Of a stretch of 32,000 nt of DNA, positions 1 through 8,980 are shown piece after piece. The translations under genes and the position numbers were made by a program. The number at the start of each line of letters is the position of its first letter. The stretch's first letter is position 1. Below the pieces are notes generated by a model that saw nothing but the letters and a program-made list of their open reading frames with translations, had not been told where the DNA came from and did not search any database. This DNA is from Cupriavidus necator (GTDB taxonomy: Bacteria > Pseudomonadota > Gammaproteobacteria > Burkholderiales > Burkholderiaceae), in the NCBI RefSeq assembly GCF_016127575.1, contig NZ_CP066018.1, forward strand, positions 3,780,001-3,812,000, given 5' to 3'.

Positions 1-1915
1 GGCCGTCGTAATCGTGCTGGGCATCGCGCTGATGGGCGCCATTACGTACTACGGCAAATGGAAATACCTGTGGAACGAATGGATCTGCTCGGTCGACCAC
101 AAGAAGGTCGGCGTGATGTACATCATCCTGGCGCTGGTGATGCTGCTGCGCGGCTTTGCCGACGCCATCATGATGCGCGCCCAGCAGGCGATCGCCTATG
201 GCGATGGCGCGGGCTACCTGCCGCCGCACCACTACGACCAGATCTTCACGGCGCACGGCGTGATCATGATCTTCTTTGTCGCGACGCCGCTGGTGCTCGG
301 GCTGATGAACGTGATCGTGCCGCTGCAGATCGGCGCGCGCGACGTCGCCTTCCCGTTCGTCAATTCGCTGAGCTTCTGGATGTCGGCAATGGGCGCGGTG
401 CTGGTGATGCTGTCGATGTTCGTCGGCGACTTCGCGGCCACCGGCTGGGTCGCCTACCCGCCGCTGTCCGAGCTCGGCTACAGCCCCACGCCAGGGGTTG
501 ACTACTACATCTGGTCGCTGCAGATATCCGGGCTTGGCACCACGCTGACGGGCATCAACTTCATCGTCACGATCCTGCGCATGCGCGCGCCGGGCCTGAA
601 CCTGATGAAGATGCCGGTCTTCACCTGGACCGCGCTGATCACCAACATCCTGATCGTGGCGATCTTCCCCGTGCTGACCGCCACGCTCGCCCTGCTCACC
701 GCCGACCGCTACCTCGGCATGCATTTCTTCACCAACGAGCTCGGCGGCAACGCCATGATGTACGTGAACCTGATCTGGATCTGGGGCCACCCTGAGGTCT
801 ACGTGCTGATCCTGCCGGCGTTCGGCGCCTTCTCCGAGATCATCGCCACGTTCTCGCGCAAGCCCCTGTTCGGCTACAAGTCGATGGTGTACGCCACCTC
901 CTCGATCGGCGTGCTGTCGTTCTTCGTCTGGCTGCACCACTTCTTCACCATGGGCTCGGGCGCGAACGTCAATGCCTTCTTCGGCATCATGACCTCGATC
1001 ATCTCGATCCCCACCGGCGTCAAGCTGTTCAACTGGCTGTTCACCATGTACCGGGGCCGGATCCGCTTCCATACCTCGACCATGTGGACCATCGGCTTTA
1101 TGGTGACGTTCGCGGTCGGCGGCATGACCGGCGTGCTGCTCGCCATTCCCGGGGCCGACTTTGTCCTGCACAACAGCCTGTTCCTGGTTGCGCATTTCCA
1201 TAACGTCATCATCGGCGGCGTGCTCTTCGGCTGCCTGGCCGCAATCACTTTCTGGTTCCCGAAGGTGTTCGGCTTCACGCTCAATGAGTTCTGGGGCAAG
1301 GTGTCGTTCTGGTGCTGGCTGGCCGGCTTCTTCCTGGCCTTCATGCCGCTCTACGTACTGGGCTTCAAGGGCATGACCCGCCGGATGAACCACTATGCCA
1401 ACGTCGACTGGCATCCCTACCTGGTGGTGGCGCTGGTCGGTGCCTTCGTCATCGGCGCCGGCATCCTGGCGATGTTGGTGCAGTTCGCGGTCAGTATCCG
1501 CGACCGCAAGCAGAACCGCGACCTGACTGGCGATCCGTGGGATGGCCGCAGCCTGGAGTGGTCGACGGCCTCGCCCGCGCCGTTCTACAACTTCGCCCAC
1601 GTGCCGCATATCACCTCGCTGGAACAGCACTGGGACGACAAGGAAGCCGGGCGCGCATGGCGCCAGCCGGCCCGCTACGAAGACATCCACATGCCCCGCA
1701 ACACCTCGGCAGGCTTCATCGTGTCGGCGTTCGGGCTGCTGTGCTGCTTCGCGCTGGTCTGGCACATGTGGCTGGTCGCCGTCGCCGGCCTGGTCGGCGC
1801 CATCGCGACCTTCGTCGTGCGCAGCTATGACCGCGACGTCGACTATTACGTGCCGGCCGCCGAAGTCGAGCGCATCGAGCGCGCGCGCTTTGCACAACTG
1901 CAGGAAGCTGCCTGA
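1..1915 (+). CDS. cyoB: Cytochrome bo3-type ubiquinol oxidase subunit I (heme-copper oxidase), 5' end cut by window edge
   Basis: The frame of ORF 14..1915 stays open back to base 2 (AVVIV...). The protein is collinear with E. coli CyoB ([59 protein letters not shown]). It is followed by cyoC and cyoD in operon order. Confidence 0.95.
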   Translation, partial: AVVIVLGIALMGAITYYGKWKYLWNEWICSVDHKKVGVMYIILALVMLLRGFADAIMMRAQQAIAYGDGAGYLPPHHYDQIFTAHGVIMIFFVATPLVLGLMNVIVPLQIGARDVAFPFVNSLSFWMSAMGAVLVMLSMFVGDFAATGWVAYPPLSELGYSPTPGVDYYIWSLQISGLGTTLTGINFIVTILRMRAPGLNLMKMPVFTWTALITNILIVAIFPVLTATLALLTADRYLGMHFFTNELGGNAMMYVNLIWIWGHPEVYVLILPAFGAFSEIIATFSRKPLFGYKSMVYATSSIGVLSFFVWLHHFFTMGSGANVNAFFGIMTSIISIPTGVKLFNWLFTMYRGRIRFHTSTMWTIGFMVTFAVGGMTGVLLAIPGADFVLHNSLFLVAHFHNVIIGGVLFGCLAAITFWFPKVFGFTLNEFWGKVSFWCWLAGFFLAFMPLYVLGFKGMTRRMNHYANVDWHPYLVVALVGAFVIGAGILAMLVQFAVSIRDRKQNRDLTGDPWDGRSLEWSTASPAPFYNFAHVPHITSLEQHWDDKEAGRAWRQPARYEDIHMPRNTSAGFIVSAFGLLCCFALVWHMWLVAVAGLVGAIATFVVRSYDRDVDYYVPAAEVERIERARFAQLQEAA

Positions 1916-1917
1916 CC

Positions 1918-2550
1918 ATGAACCCGACTCTCTCCCCCCCCCTGCATCATCCCGGGCACGAGGCGGCCCACGACGCGGCGCACCACCATCACGAAGCCGG
2001 CGCGCACACGCCGCTGGGGTTCTGGCTTTACCTGATGAGCGACTGCCTGATCTTCGCGGTGCTGTTCGCCACCTTCGGCGTGCTGTCCGGCAACACTGCC
2101 GGCGGCCCCGGCGGGCGGCAACTGTTCGAGCTGCCGTTCGTGTTCGCCGAGACCATGGTGCTGCTGCTGAGCAGCTATACCTTCGGCCTGGCCATGCTCA
2201 GGCAGGGCACTGACGACGCGCCGCGGATGATCCGCTGGCTGGCGGTGACCTTCGCGCTCGGCGCACTGTTCATCGCCATGGAGGTCTACGAGTTCGCGCA
2301 CCTGCTGCACCAGGGCGCGGGCCCCGGCGTCAGCGCCTACCTGTCGGCCTTCTTCACGCTGGTCGGCACGCACGGGCTGCATGTCACGTCTGGCCTGCTG
2401 TGGCTGGCGGTGATGATCCACCAGATCCGGCATTTCGGGCTGGACGACATCGTGCGCCGCCGCCTGGCCTGCCTGAGCCTGTTCTGGCACTTCCTGGACC
2501 TGGTCTGGATCTGTGTCTTCACCTTTGTCTACCTGCGGGAGTTCGCTTGA
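1918..2550 (+). CDS. cyoC: Cytochrome bo3 ubiquinol oxidase subunit III
   Basis: 210-aa hydrophobic ORF starting 2 nt after the cyoB stop. It has subunit III-like helices (WLYLMSDCLIFAVLF, FFTLVGTHGLHVTSGL, LFWHFLDLVWI). Its position between cyoB and cyoD supports the call. Confidence 0.9.
   Translation: MNPTLSPPLHHPGHEAAHDAAHHHHEAGAHTPLGFWLYLMSDCLIFAVLFATFGVLSGNTAGGPGGRQLFELPFVFAETMVLLLSSYTFGLAMLRQGTDDAPRMIRWLAVTFALGALFIAMEVYEFAHLLHQGAGPGVSAYLSAFFTLVGTHGLHVTSGLLWLAVMIHQIRHFGLDDIVRRRLACLSLFWHFLDLVWICVFTFVYLREFA
1934..1942 (+). repeat. C9 homopolymer tract inside codons 6-9 of cyoC
   Basis: Direct count gives nine consecutive C at 1934-1942 (CTC TCC CCC CCC CTG = L S P P L). This is the longest homopolymer I noticed in the window. 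Confidence 0.9.
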
Positions 2551-2927
2551 TGAAGCCGTCCCATCTACATTCCGTGCACGCGGACCAGCCGGCCGCGCAC
2601 GGCAGCGTGCGCAGCTACACCATCGGACTGCTGCTGTCGGTCGCGCTGACGATGGCGTCGTTTGCGGCAGTGATGACCGGATCCCTGTCAACGCAGGCAG
2701 CGATCGCGCTGGTTGTCGGCCTTTGTGTCGCGCAACTGCTGGTGCAGCTGGTGTACTTCCTGCACCTGGGCACCGGTCCCGGCCAGCGCGGCAACACCGC
2801 CATCTTTGCCTGTACCGGCTTCCTGATCGTCATCGTCGTGGCCGGCTCGCTGTGGGTGATGCACAACGCCGATATCAACATGATGCCGACCGACATGTCC
2901 ATCGAACGGGCCCGGGCAAAAGACTAG
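2550..2927 (+). CDS. cyoD: Cytochrome bo3 ubiquinol oxidase subunit IV
   Basis: The internal ATG at 2550 of ORF 2400..2927 overlaps the cyoC stop (TGATG). The 125-aa product has three hydrophobic helices and a SYTIGLLLSVALT start typical of CyoD. The upstream part of the ORF lies in an alternate frame of cyoC. Confidence 0.85.
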   Translation: MKPSHLHSVHADQPAAHGSVRSYTIGLLLSVALTMASFAAVMTGSLSTQAAIALVVGLCVAQLLVQLVYFLHLGTGPGQRGNTAIFACTGFLIVIVVAGSLWVMHNADINMMPTDMSIERARAKD

Positions 2928-2954
2928 CGCTCGCGCGCAAGGAGGCTTTCCACC

Positions 2955-4694
2955 ATGTATGTCTATGACGCCATTGACCAGAAGCTCGTCGACGAACGGG
3001 TCGTGCAGTTCGCCGACCAGACCCGCCGCTTCCTGGGCGGCCAGCTCACCGAGGATGAGTTCCGCGTGCTGCGGCTGCAGAACGGCCTCTATATCCAGCG
3101 CCATGCGCCGATGCTGCGCGTGGCGATTCCGTACGGCATGCTGGCGTCCCGGCAATTGCGCAAGCTCGCGGAGATCGCGCGCCGCTGGGATCGCGGCTAC
3201 GGGCATTTCAGCACGCGCCAGAACCTGCAGTTCAACTGGCCGCGGCTCGAGGATGCCCCTGCCATTCTCGCCGAGCTGGCCACGGTGCAGATGCACGCGA
3301 TCCAGACCAGCGGCAACTGCATCCGCAATACCACCACCGACCACTTTGCCGGCATTGCTCCCGACGAACTGGTGAACCCCCTGGTGTGGTGCGAGATCGT
3401 CAGGCAATGGTCGATGCTGCATCCCGAGTTCGCCTTCCTGCCGCGCAAGTTCAAGATTGCCATCAGTGGCGCGCGGACGGACCGGGCCGCGGTCGGCGTC
3501 CATGACATCGGGCTCCAGGCGGTTGAACAGGACGGCCAGGCCGGCTTCAAGGTCTGGGTCGGTGGCGGCATGGGCCGCACGCCGATGGTGGGCAAGCTGA
3601 TCAACCCCTTCGTCCCCTGGCAGGACCTGCTGACCTACCTGCAGGCCACACTGCGCGTCTACAACCTGCACGGCCGCCGCGACAACAAGTACAAGGCGCG
3701 CATCAAGATCCTGGTAAAGGACCTGACCCCGGAGGTGTTCCGGGCGCAGGTGGACGAGCAGTGGCAACGCATCCGCGGGGGCCCGGACACCGTGTCCGAG
3801 GGCTTTGTCGCGTCCATCGCCGAGCGCTTCACGATCCCGCCGTATGAAGCCGCGGCCGCCGACGAGCCGGACCAGTCAGCCGACCTGGCCAAGACCGACC
3901 GCGCCTTCCGCCTCTGGCTGAAAAGCAATGTGCACCGGCACCGGGTGCCTGGCTACGCCGCCGTCACGGCATCGCTGAAAGCCGCGGGCCAGGCGCCCGG
4001 CGACATCACTGCCGAGCAGATGGAAATCATGGCCGACCTGGCCGAGCGCCACGGCTTCGGCGAGCTGCGCGTGTCGCATGAGCAGAACCTGATCCTCGCC
4101 GATGTCCGCCGCAGCGGGCTGCACGCCTTGTGGCAGGCGCTGGACGCCGCCGGGCTGGCCACGCCAAACGTCGGCCTGATCACCAACATCATCGCCTGCC
4201 CCGGGGGCGACTTCTGCTCGCTGGCCAATGCGGTCTCGATCCCGCTTGCGCAGGCCATCCAGGAGCGCTTCGACGACCTCGACCATGTGCACGACATCGG
4301 CGAACTGGACCTGAACATCTCCGGCTGCATCAACTCCTGCGGCCACCACCATATCGGCCACATCGGCATCCTCGGCGTCGACAAGGCCGGCGAGGCCTGG
4401 TACCAGATCACCATCGGCGGCCGGCAGAACGGCGCCGACGGCCTGGGCCGCCCCGATGGCGTGGCGGCCGGCGGCGCGGCCATCGGCCGCATCATCGGGC
4501 CGTCCTTTGCACAGGAGCAGGTTCCGGATGTGGTGGAGCGGCTGATCGAGACCTATTTGCTGCATCGGGACAGCGAAGCCGAACGCTTTGTCGACGTGGT
4601 TGGCCGAATCGGCATAGAACCCTTCCAGCGCGCCGTGTACCCGGACTCTGACAGCGGCGCGCGGCGAGCTCGCCAGGAGGCGGTGAATGCCTGA
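2955..4694 (+). CDS. Siroheme/[4Fe-4S] sulfite (nitrite) reductase hemoprotein, NirA/Sir/CysI family
   Basis: 579-aa ORF with AAGGAGG 9 nt upstream of the ATG. It shows the duplicated nitrite/sulfite reductase architecture. The Cys cluster ACPGGDFCSLA ... SGCINSCGHHH is encoded c. 4195-4350. An overlapping DUF934 gene lies downstream, as in betaproteobacterial sulfite reductase loci. Confidence 0.85.
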   Translation: MYVYDAIDQKLVDERVVQFADQTRRFLGGQLTEDEFRVLRLQNGLYIQRHAPMLRVAIPYGMLASRQLRKLAEIARRWDRGYGHFSTRQNLQFNWPRLEDAPAILAELATVQMHAIQTSGNCIRNTTTDHFAGIAPDELVNPLVWCEIVRQWSMLHPEFAFLPRKFKIAISGARTDRAAVGVHDIGLQAVEQDGQAGFKVWVGGGMGRTPMVGKLINPFVPWQDLLTYLQATLRVYNLHGRRDNKYKARIKILVKDLTPEVFRAQVDEQWQRIRGGPDTVSEGFVASIAERFTIPPYEAAAADEPDQSADLAKTDRAFRLWLKSNVHRHRVPGYAAVTASLKAAGQAPGDITAEQMEIMADLAERHGFGELRVSHEQNLILADVRRSGLHALWQALDAAGLATPNVGLITNIIACPGGDFCSLANAVSIPLAQAIQERFDDLDHVHDIGELDLNISGCINSCGHHHIGHIGILGVDKAGEAWYQITIGGRQNGADGLGRPDGVAAGGAAIGRIIGPSFAQEQVPDVVERLIETYLLHRDSEAERFVDVVGRIGIEPFQRAVYPDSDSGARRARQEAVNA

Positions 4695-5226
4695 CCATGA
4701 CCATTTAGCCGGGCAGGACCGGCGCAACGTCATCCGTGACGGACAACTGGTCGCGGATAGCTGGCTCGCTCACATCGGGGATGCGCAAGACGCCGACAAC
4801 ACCTGCCCCCCCGACGAGCCCGGCTACCTGGTGACACTGGAGAACTGGACCACCCACCGCCAGCGGTATCGGCTTCGACAGTATCCGCTCGCGGTCTACC
4901 TGTCGCCGGATGCGGAGCCCCAGACCCTGCTGGAACCCGGTGCCACGGCCGTTGATCCGACAGGCATCGCGATGATTGCCATCGATTTCCCGGTCTACAC
5001 GGATGGTCGTGGCTATTCGATCGCACAGCTGCTCCGGCACCAGCTAGGCTGGACCGGAGAGCTGCGCGCCGTGGGTGACGTGATGATCGACACCGTGCAC
5101 TACCTGGCACGTTGCGGCTTCAACAGCTTTGCGCTCAAGCCCGGGCACGACCCGGCAGCGGCATTGCGCGCGCTGGCCACGTTCTCGTCGTCGTACCAGC
5201 GCAGCTATGGACCCGCAAGCCGATAG
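4687..5226 (+). CDS. DUF934 family protein (sulfite-reductase-associated)
   Basis: 179-aa ORF whose ATG overlaps the upstream stop by 8 nt (ATGCCTGA). The C-terminal signature FPVYTDGRGYSIAQLLRHQLGWTGELRAVGDVMIDTVHYLARCGFNSF matches what I recall of DUF934 proteins. Confidence 0.75.
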   Translation: MPDHDHLAGQDRRNVIRDGQLVADSWLAHIGDAQDADNTCPPDEPGYLVTLENWTTHRQRYRLRQYPLAVYLSPDAEPQTLLEPGATAVDPTGIAMIAIDFPVYTDGRGYSIAQLLRHQLGWTGELRAVGDVMIDTVHYLARCGFNSFALKPGHDPAAALRALATFSSSYQRSYGPASR

Positions 5227-5503
5227 CAAGCGCCGCCGGGCGCCGATACGAAACATACCCGTCCAGCCCTGCGCAAGGCCTGATAGCTTGTGGTCCGCTG
5301 TCGCCGAACTCTCGGGCAAGCAGCTGCATACGATTATCGATATCGCACAGCGCTCACCAAAGGCGACGACGGATATGGCTTCGTTCAGGGCGCGCATTCT
5401 CGGTGTTTTCGGAAACGTCGCCGGTTTTGACATCACACCGCCTTCGGAGTCCATGCTGCAAGAGCTCTGGGAAAGGTATCGCTCGACACTCTCCTCGTTC
5501 TAG
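5207..5503 (+). CDS. Possible small orphan ORF, start uncertain (ATG 5207, TTG 5288 or ATG 5375)
   Basis: The 3' part of ORF 5129..5503 reads protein-like (LWSAVAELSGKQLHTIIDIAQRSPKATTDMASFRARILGVFGNVAGFDITPPSESMLQELWERYRSTL). No SD and no recognisable family were seen. It lies in the lower-GC islet. Confidence 0.2.
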   Translation: MDPQADSKRRRAPIRNIPVQPCARPDSLWSAVAELSGKQLHTIIDIAQRSPKATTDMASFRARILGVFGNVAGFDITPPSESMLQELWERYRSTLSSF

Positions 5504-5553
5504 CAGCGCGGATCACTCGAAAGATCGGCCCGGCCCGGAGCGATGCCGCACGT

Positions 5554-5934
5554 TCAAAAATTGGCTTCGATGGCCTTCCTGGCGCCCTCTGGCACCTCGT
5601 TCGGTATGACGCGGTGCGCAAGTATGGCGTAGCTCCGGGCAGCCGCCACTGCAGTGGGATTCACAAGCCGCTTCGGGCCGCCCAGCCACGCAAAATGATC
5701 TTTTCCATCGTCACTACTGAACCACGCGAAGTCGCCGATGGCGTCCAGGCCGCGCTTCACCAGCTTCAGCAGCGCCAGGGCTTCCTCTGAAACACCCAGG
5801 TGCCGCCCTGTGTCATGAATGACCGTGGCCAGGTTGCGGAGCTTGTTGGTCGGGGTGGCCTCGTCGTTTGCCTCGTCAGGTAACAGCTCGACGACCAGAA
5901 TCCCCCTGTGCGCGGTGATGCGTGCGTGCTGCAT
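5554..5934 (-). CDS. Hypothetical protein (126 aa), no family recognised
   Basis: The internal ATG at 5934 of ORF 5554..5988 is preceded by GGGAGGAA (reverse complement of 5937-5944). The product composition is balanced and non-shadow-like. It is convergent with the small ORF above. Confidence 0.55.
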   Translation of the reverse strand: MQHARITAHRGILVVELLPDEANDEATPTNKLRNLATVIHDTGRHLGVSEEALALLKLVKRGLDAIGDFAWFSSDDGKDHFAWLGGPKRLVNPTAVAAARSYAILAHRVIPNEVPEGARKAIEANF

Positions 5935-6184
5935 GGTTCCTCCCAACTGATGGCTGCCGGCTTGCGACCTTACGCATTGACCTAGCAAGTTCTTGGCCAG
6001 GTCATGCCAAAAGTGCAGCTTACAGGCCGCTTATGACACTGCGCCCTCATTTGGCCGCGGGAGCGGCAGTGGGCGCCGGTGCGCCGCCAAATGGTCTAGT
6101 GTTGGTACCGCCCCGCCACTTCCAGTGGACTGTTGGACCGCAGGCGACTCGCGAGGCCCAATCGCACCTGCACAATCCGCCACT

Positions 6185-6219
6185 CCCATGGCAAGACGCT
6201 GCCCTATCCTTGCTATGGG
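6185..6219. repeat. Imperfect inverted repeat (11-bp arms, 1 mismatch, 13-nt spacer) about 70 bp upstream of the MFS gene
   Basis: CCCATGGCAAG (6185-6195) pairs with CTTGCTATGGG (6209-6219); the perfect complement would be CTTGCCATGGG. Confidence 0.4.
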
Positions 6220-6289
6220 AGGCTCAGCGCGGCAGTCCAGCCGTCGAGCACAGGAATAGGCTGTTGGTCAATCCAGGCGGGAGGGCGGC

Positions 6290-7477
6290 ATGCGCGCGTT
6301 GGTCTTCTGCTCTGTGCAGTTCCTGTTGGCGGTGACATGGACCCTCTATGTGGCCTTCCTGCCCCAGCTGGCCGCGCAGGCCGGCATCGCGCGCGCGCAC
6401 GTCGCCTTGATCCTGCTGATGGACCAGTTGATCTTTGTCGCCATGGATTTCACGGTGGGCGTCGCGGCCGACCGTGTCGCCAACGCGATGCGCAGGCTGG
6501 GAGGCTGGATGCTGGGGCTGTCGGTCATCTCCGCACTGGCTTTCGTGCTGCTGCCCCGGGCAACTTCACCAGCGCTGCTGCTGGGCCTGACCGCGCTCTG
6601 GGCAGCCACCTCTTCGGCGTTGCGGGCGCCGCCCATGGTAATCATTGCCCGGCGGCTGCCGGCGACCGCGTCGTCATTCCTGGTGGGATGCTCGCTGCTC
6701 GGCGTCGGCCTTGCCGGAGCCGTGGCGCCGCTGCTGACGGCCCGGCTGCGCGATGCGTCGCCCATGCTGCCGTTCCTGGCCGCAAGCGTGGGGCTGGTGG
6801 TGGCCGTGGCCGCGCTGCGATGGATCGAATCCGGCCCGGCGCGCCACGATGCCGACGCCGCGCCGGCAGCCGGCGTTGCGCTCAAGCGCGTCTGGCTGCT
6901 GTTTGCCGCGGTCTGGGTGCTTGCGCTCGGCTTCCAGATCCACACCACCGTCAACTCCGCGCCGGCGTACCTGCGCTTTGTCACGGCTGCCGAGCTGGAG
7001 CGCGTGACGCCGGTGTTCTGGATTAGCTTCGCGCTGGGCACGCTGCTGCCCGCGACGTCGTTGCTGCGGCGCTATCCGCCCTATACGCTGCTGTTGACCG
7101 CCGCGGCCCTTGGCGCCCTGTCGTTGTTCGGCTTCACAGTTGCGGGCTCGCTCGGGGCCATCCTCGCCGTGCAGTGTCTTGCCGGCGGCCTGTGGGGAAT
7201 CATGTTCGCCGCGACGGCCAGTGCGGCGCTCGACGCCGGTCACGTCGGCCGCGAAGGGATGTACACCGGGCTGGTATTTGCCGCTTTGGCGGTTGCCGCG
7301 TTCATGCGCATTGCCCTGGTGTCATCGGGCGCCAGCAAGACCCCCGTGCTGGCAAACCTGCTGCCATGGCTTCCGGCCGTGGCCTGGAGTGCCGGTGCCT
7401 TGCTGCTGGCGGCTTTCCTGTCGGGGAACCTGAGCTGCCTGATGACGCGCAGACAGGTGCTGCACCCGCATCCGTGA
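6290..7477 (+). CDS. MFS-type transporter / polytopic membrane protein
   Basis: 395-aa ORF with GGGAGGG upstream of the ATG. It consists of about 12 hydrophobic segments throughout. All other ORFs over this span are Arg/Ala/Gly/Pro-rich shadows. Confidence 0.7.
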   Translation: MRALVFCSVQFLLAVTWTLYVAFLPQLAAQAGIARAHVALILLMDQLIFVAMDFTVGVAADRVANAMRRLGGWMLGLSVISALAFVLLPRATSPALLLGLTALWAATSSALRAPPMVIIARRLPATASSFLVGCSLLGVGLAGAVAPLLTARLRDASPMLPFLAASVGLVVAVAALRWIESGPARHDADAAPAAGVALKRVWLLFAAVWVLALGFQIHTTVNSAPAYLRFVTAAELERVTPVFWISFALGTLLPATSLLRRYPPYTLLLTAAALGALSLFGFTVAGSLGAILAVQCLAGGLWGIMFAATASAALDAGHVGREGMYTGLVFAALAVAAFMRIALVSSGASKTPVLANLLPWLPAVAWSAGALLLAAFLSGNLSCLMTRRQVLHPHP

Positions 7478-7600
7478 ACTGATCCCTTGAGCTATATCCG
7501 ACCTACTCGGAAATTGGAGACTACTGTCCTGCTTAAGGCTGACTGAGATCAATCGGCCTTCGAACAAGCCCTGTGCTTGCCCGTTCCCAAGGAGCGCGCC

Positions 7601-7967
7601 ATGTCCACCCAACTTGCCGTATGGCATGCCGAGCACCTCAATTTCTCTCGTCTGCTCGACCTACTGGAAGAGCAGGTATGCGTATTCCACCAGGGAGGGA
7701 GACGCTATAAGTTCGCGAGCGGCGCTGGAGGCAGCCGCAGCCATGTACCTTGTGTACTGCCGTAACCATCTCTCTACCGAGGAGAGACAGGCAATGCCGC
7801 GCGCTGCCCAGTTGCTGACACAAGAGGACTGGGCAGCTATTGCCGACGCGGCTCCCGAAAGCTCTGATCCTATGTTCGGGGAAGAAGTGCAAGCGCGCTT
7901 CGCGACACTACGCAAGCAGATCGCGGCTGAGGCGAGCTTATCCACGCAGCAGCAGTGCTGCGCCTAA
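7601..7967 (+). pseudogene. Hemerythrin-like (HHE cation-binding) gene disrupted by an internal deletion/frameshift
   Basis: AAGGAG lies upstream of ATG 7601. Frame A gives MSTQLAVWHAEHLNFSRLLDLLEEQVCVFHQGG and then nonsense to a stop at 7765. Another frame, from about 7700, gives ...LEAAAAMYLVYCRNHLSTEERQAMPRAAQLLTQEDWAAIADAAPESSDPMFG... to 7967. Both halves resemble the ends of hemerythrin-domain proteins, while the central His/Glu region is missing. Confidence 0.5.
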
Positions 7968-8866
7968 TCCGAAAACAAGCCGACGAACTGGTCGCGCAGC
8001 CACTGATTCGCCGGATCGCGATGATACCGGGCATGCCAGAACAGGTTGATCTGGATTTCCGGCAACGCGAACGGATGCTTGACGTACCTGAGCCCGAAGT
8101 ACCTGGCGCATCGCTCCGCAAACGTCAAGGTCACCGTGGCGACCAGGTCGGTGGTGGCAATGATGTCCGCCAGTGCGACGAAATGGGGGACACGCAGCCG
8201 GATCTTGCGCTGTACGCCGTGCTGGGCGAGGATCTCGTCGACCCGGGCATGCCCCGTCCCCGCCGCCGTGACCACGATGTGCTCCGCCGCCTCGAAGTCG
8301 CGCATGCTGACCGTCTTCTTGTCCATGGCATGACCGGGCCGGAACAGGCAAACGTATCGCTGGCGAAATAGCCGCCGTTGAAAGAACGTCGTGCCGAGTT
8401 CAGGAAGATGGCCAACCGCCAGGTCGATCTTTCCCTGGCTCATCTCCGCCGCCAGGTCCACTGCCGTATTACGCACTGTCGTTACCGTGACACCCGGGGC
8501 GCGGTCGCCAAGCGCGCCCATTAGCGGCGGGATGAAGTGCACCTCGCCGATATCCGTCATGGCGATCCGGAATGCGCGCACGCTGCGCAGCGGATCGAAC
8601 GACACCTTGTGGCTGAGCGCCGTCTGCAGCGACTCCAGCGCATAGGCAACCGGTTCCGCCAGTTCCTCGGCAAGGGGTGTCGGCAGCATGCCCTTGCTGC
8701 TTCGTACAAACAGCGGGTCGCCGAACAAGGTGCGCAAGCGGGCCAGCGCATTGCTGACCGCGGGCTGGCTCAGATTCAGGGTCTTCGCGGCGCCGGAAAC
8801 GGTGCCCTGCCGCAGCAGGTTATCGAACACGACCAGCAGGTTCAGATCGACGTCCTTGAGCTCCAT
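7964..8866 (-). CDS. LysR-family transcriptional regulator
   Basis: 300-aa ORF with the N-terminal wHTH LNLLVVFDNLLRQGTVSGAAKTLNLSQPAVSNALARLR and a C-terminal substrate-binding domain. It is divergent from the oxygenase operon. Confidence 0.9.
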   Translation of the reverse strand: MELKDVDLNLLVVFDNLLRQGTVSGAAKTLNLSQPAVSNALARLRTLFGDPLFVRSSKGMLPTPLAEELAEPVAYALESLQTALSHKVSFDPLRSVRAFRIAMTDIGEVHFIPPLMGALGDRAPGVTVTTVRNTAVDLAAEMSQGKIDLAVGHLPELGTTFFQRRLFRQRYVCLFRPGHAMDKKTVSMRDFEAAEHIVVTAAGTGHARVDEILAQHGVQRKIRLRVPHFVALADIIATTDLVATVTLTFAERCARYFGLRYVKHPFALPEIQINLFWHARYHRDPANQWLRDQFVGLFSD

Positions 8867-8980
8867 GGTGCCGTCTATTATTGATTTTATGAATGTTCAT
8901 TATAGCCAGAATTCTATTGGTTAATTTTCCTCCGTGCACCATGATCCTTCCCATACGAAGAGACATAGCCGGAGACAAGC
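8867..8980. promoter_or_regulatory. AT-rich divergent control region with a candidate LysR-type palindrome
   Basis: This is the most AT-rich stretch I noticed in the window. It contains the inverted repeat ATGAA-TG-TTCAT at 8889-8900, embedded in a T-N11-A arrangement (T8890...A8902). GGAGA lies 5 nt before ATG 8981. Confidence 0.4.

Noticed and set aside
4687-4694. The identical 8-nt overlap motif ATGCCTGA at two unrelated gene junctions (4687-4694 and 19800-19807) as a shared regulatory element
   Set aside because: The motif is short, both instances are explained by ordinary start/stop overlap (Met-Pro start, TGA stop), and flanking sequence is not similar. It is most likely coincidence.
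2688-4733. Minus-strand ORFs of 359 and 285 aa opposite the sulfite reductase gene
   Set aside because: They have shadow-ORF composition and no motifs. The plus-strand gene has the siroheme/4Fe-4S Cys cluster.
5922-6335. 137-aa and 88-aa plus-strand ORFs in the gap upstream of the MFS gene
   Set aside because: No RBS is present, composition is odd (Arg/Ser/Cys/Trp-rich), and one runs into the MFS start in another frame. The region is treated as non-coding.
7577-7967. Annotating 7577-7765 and 7614-7967 as two independent overlapping small genes
   Set aside because: The two frames carry the N- and C-terminal halves of one hemerythrin-like protein. A single disrupted gene is the simpler explanation.
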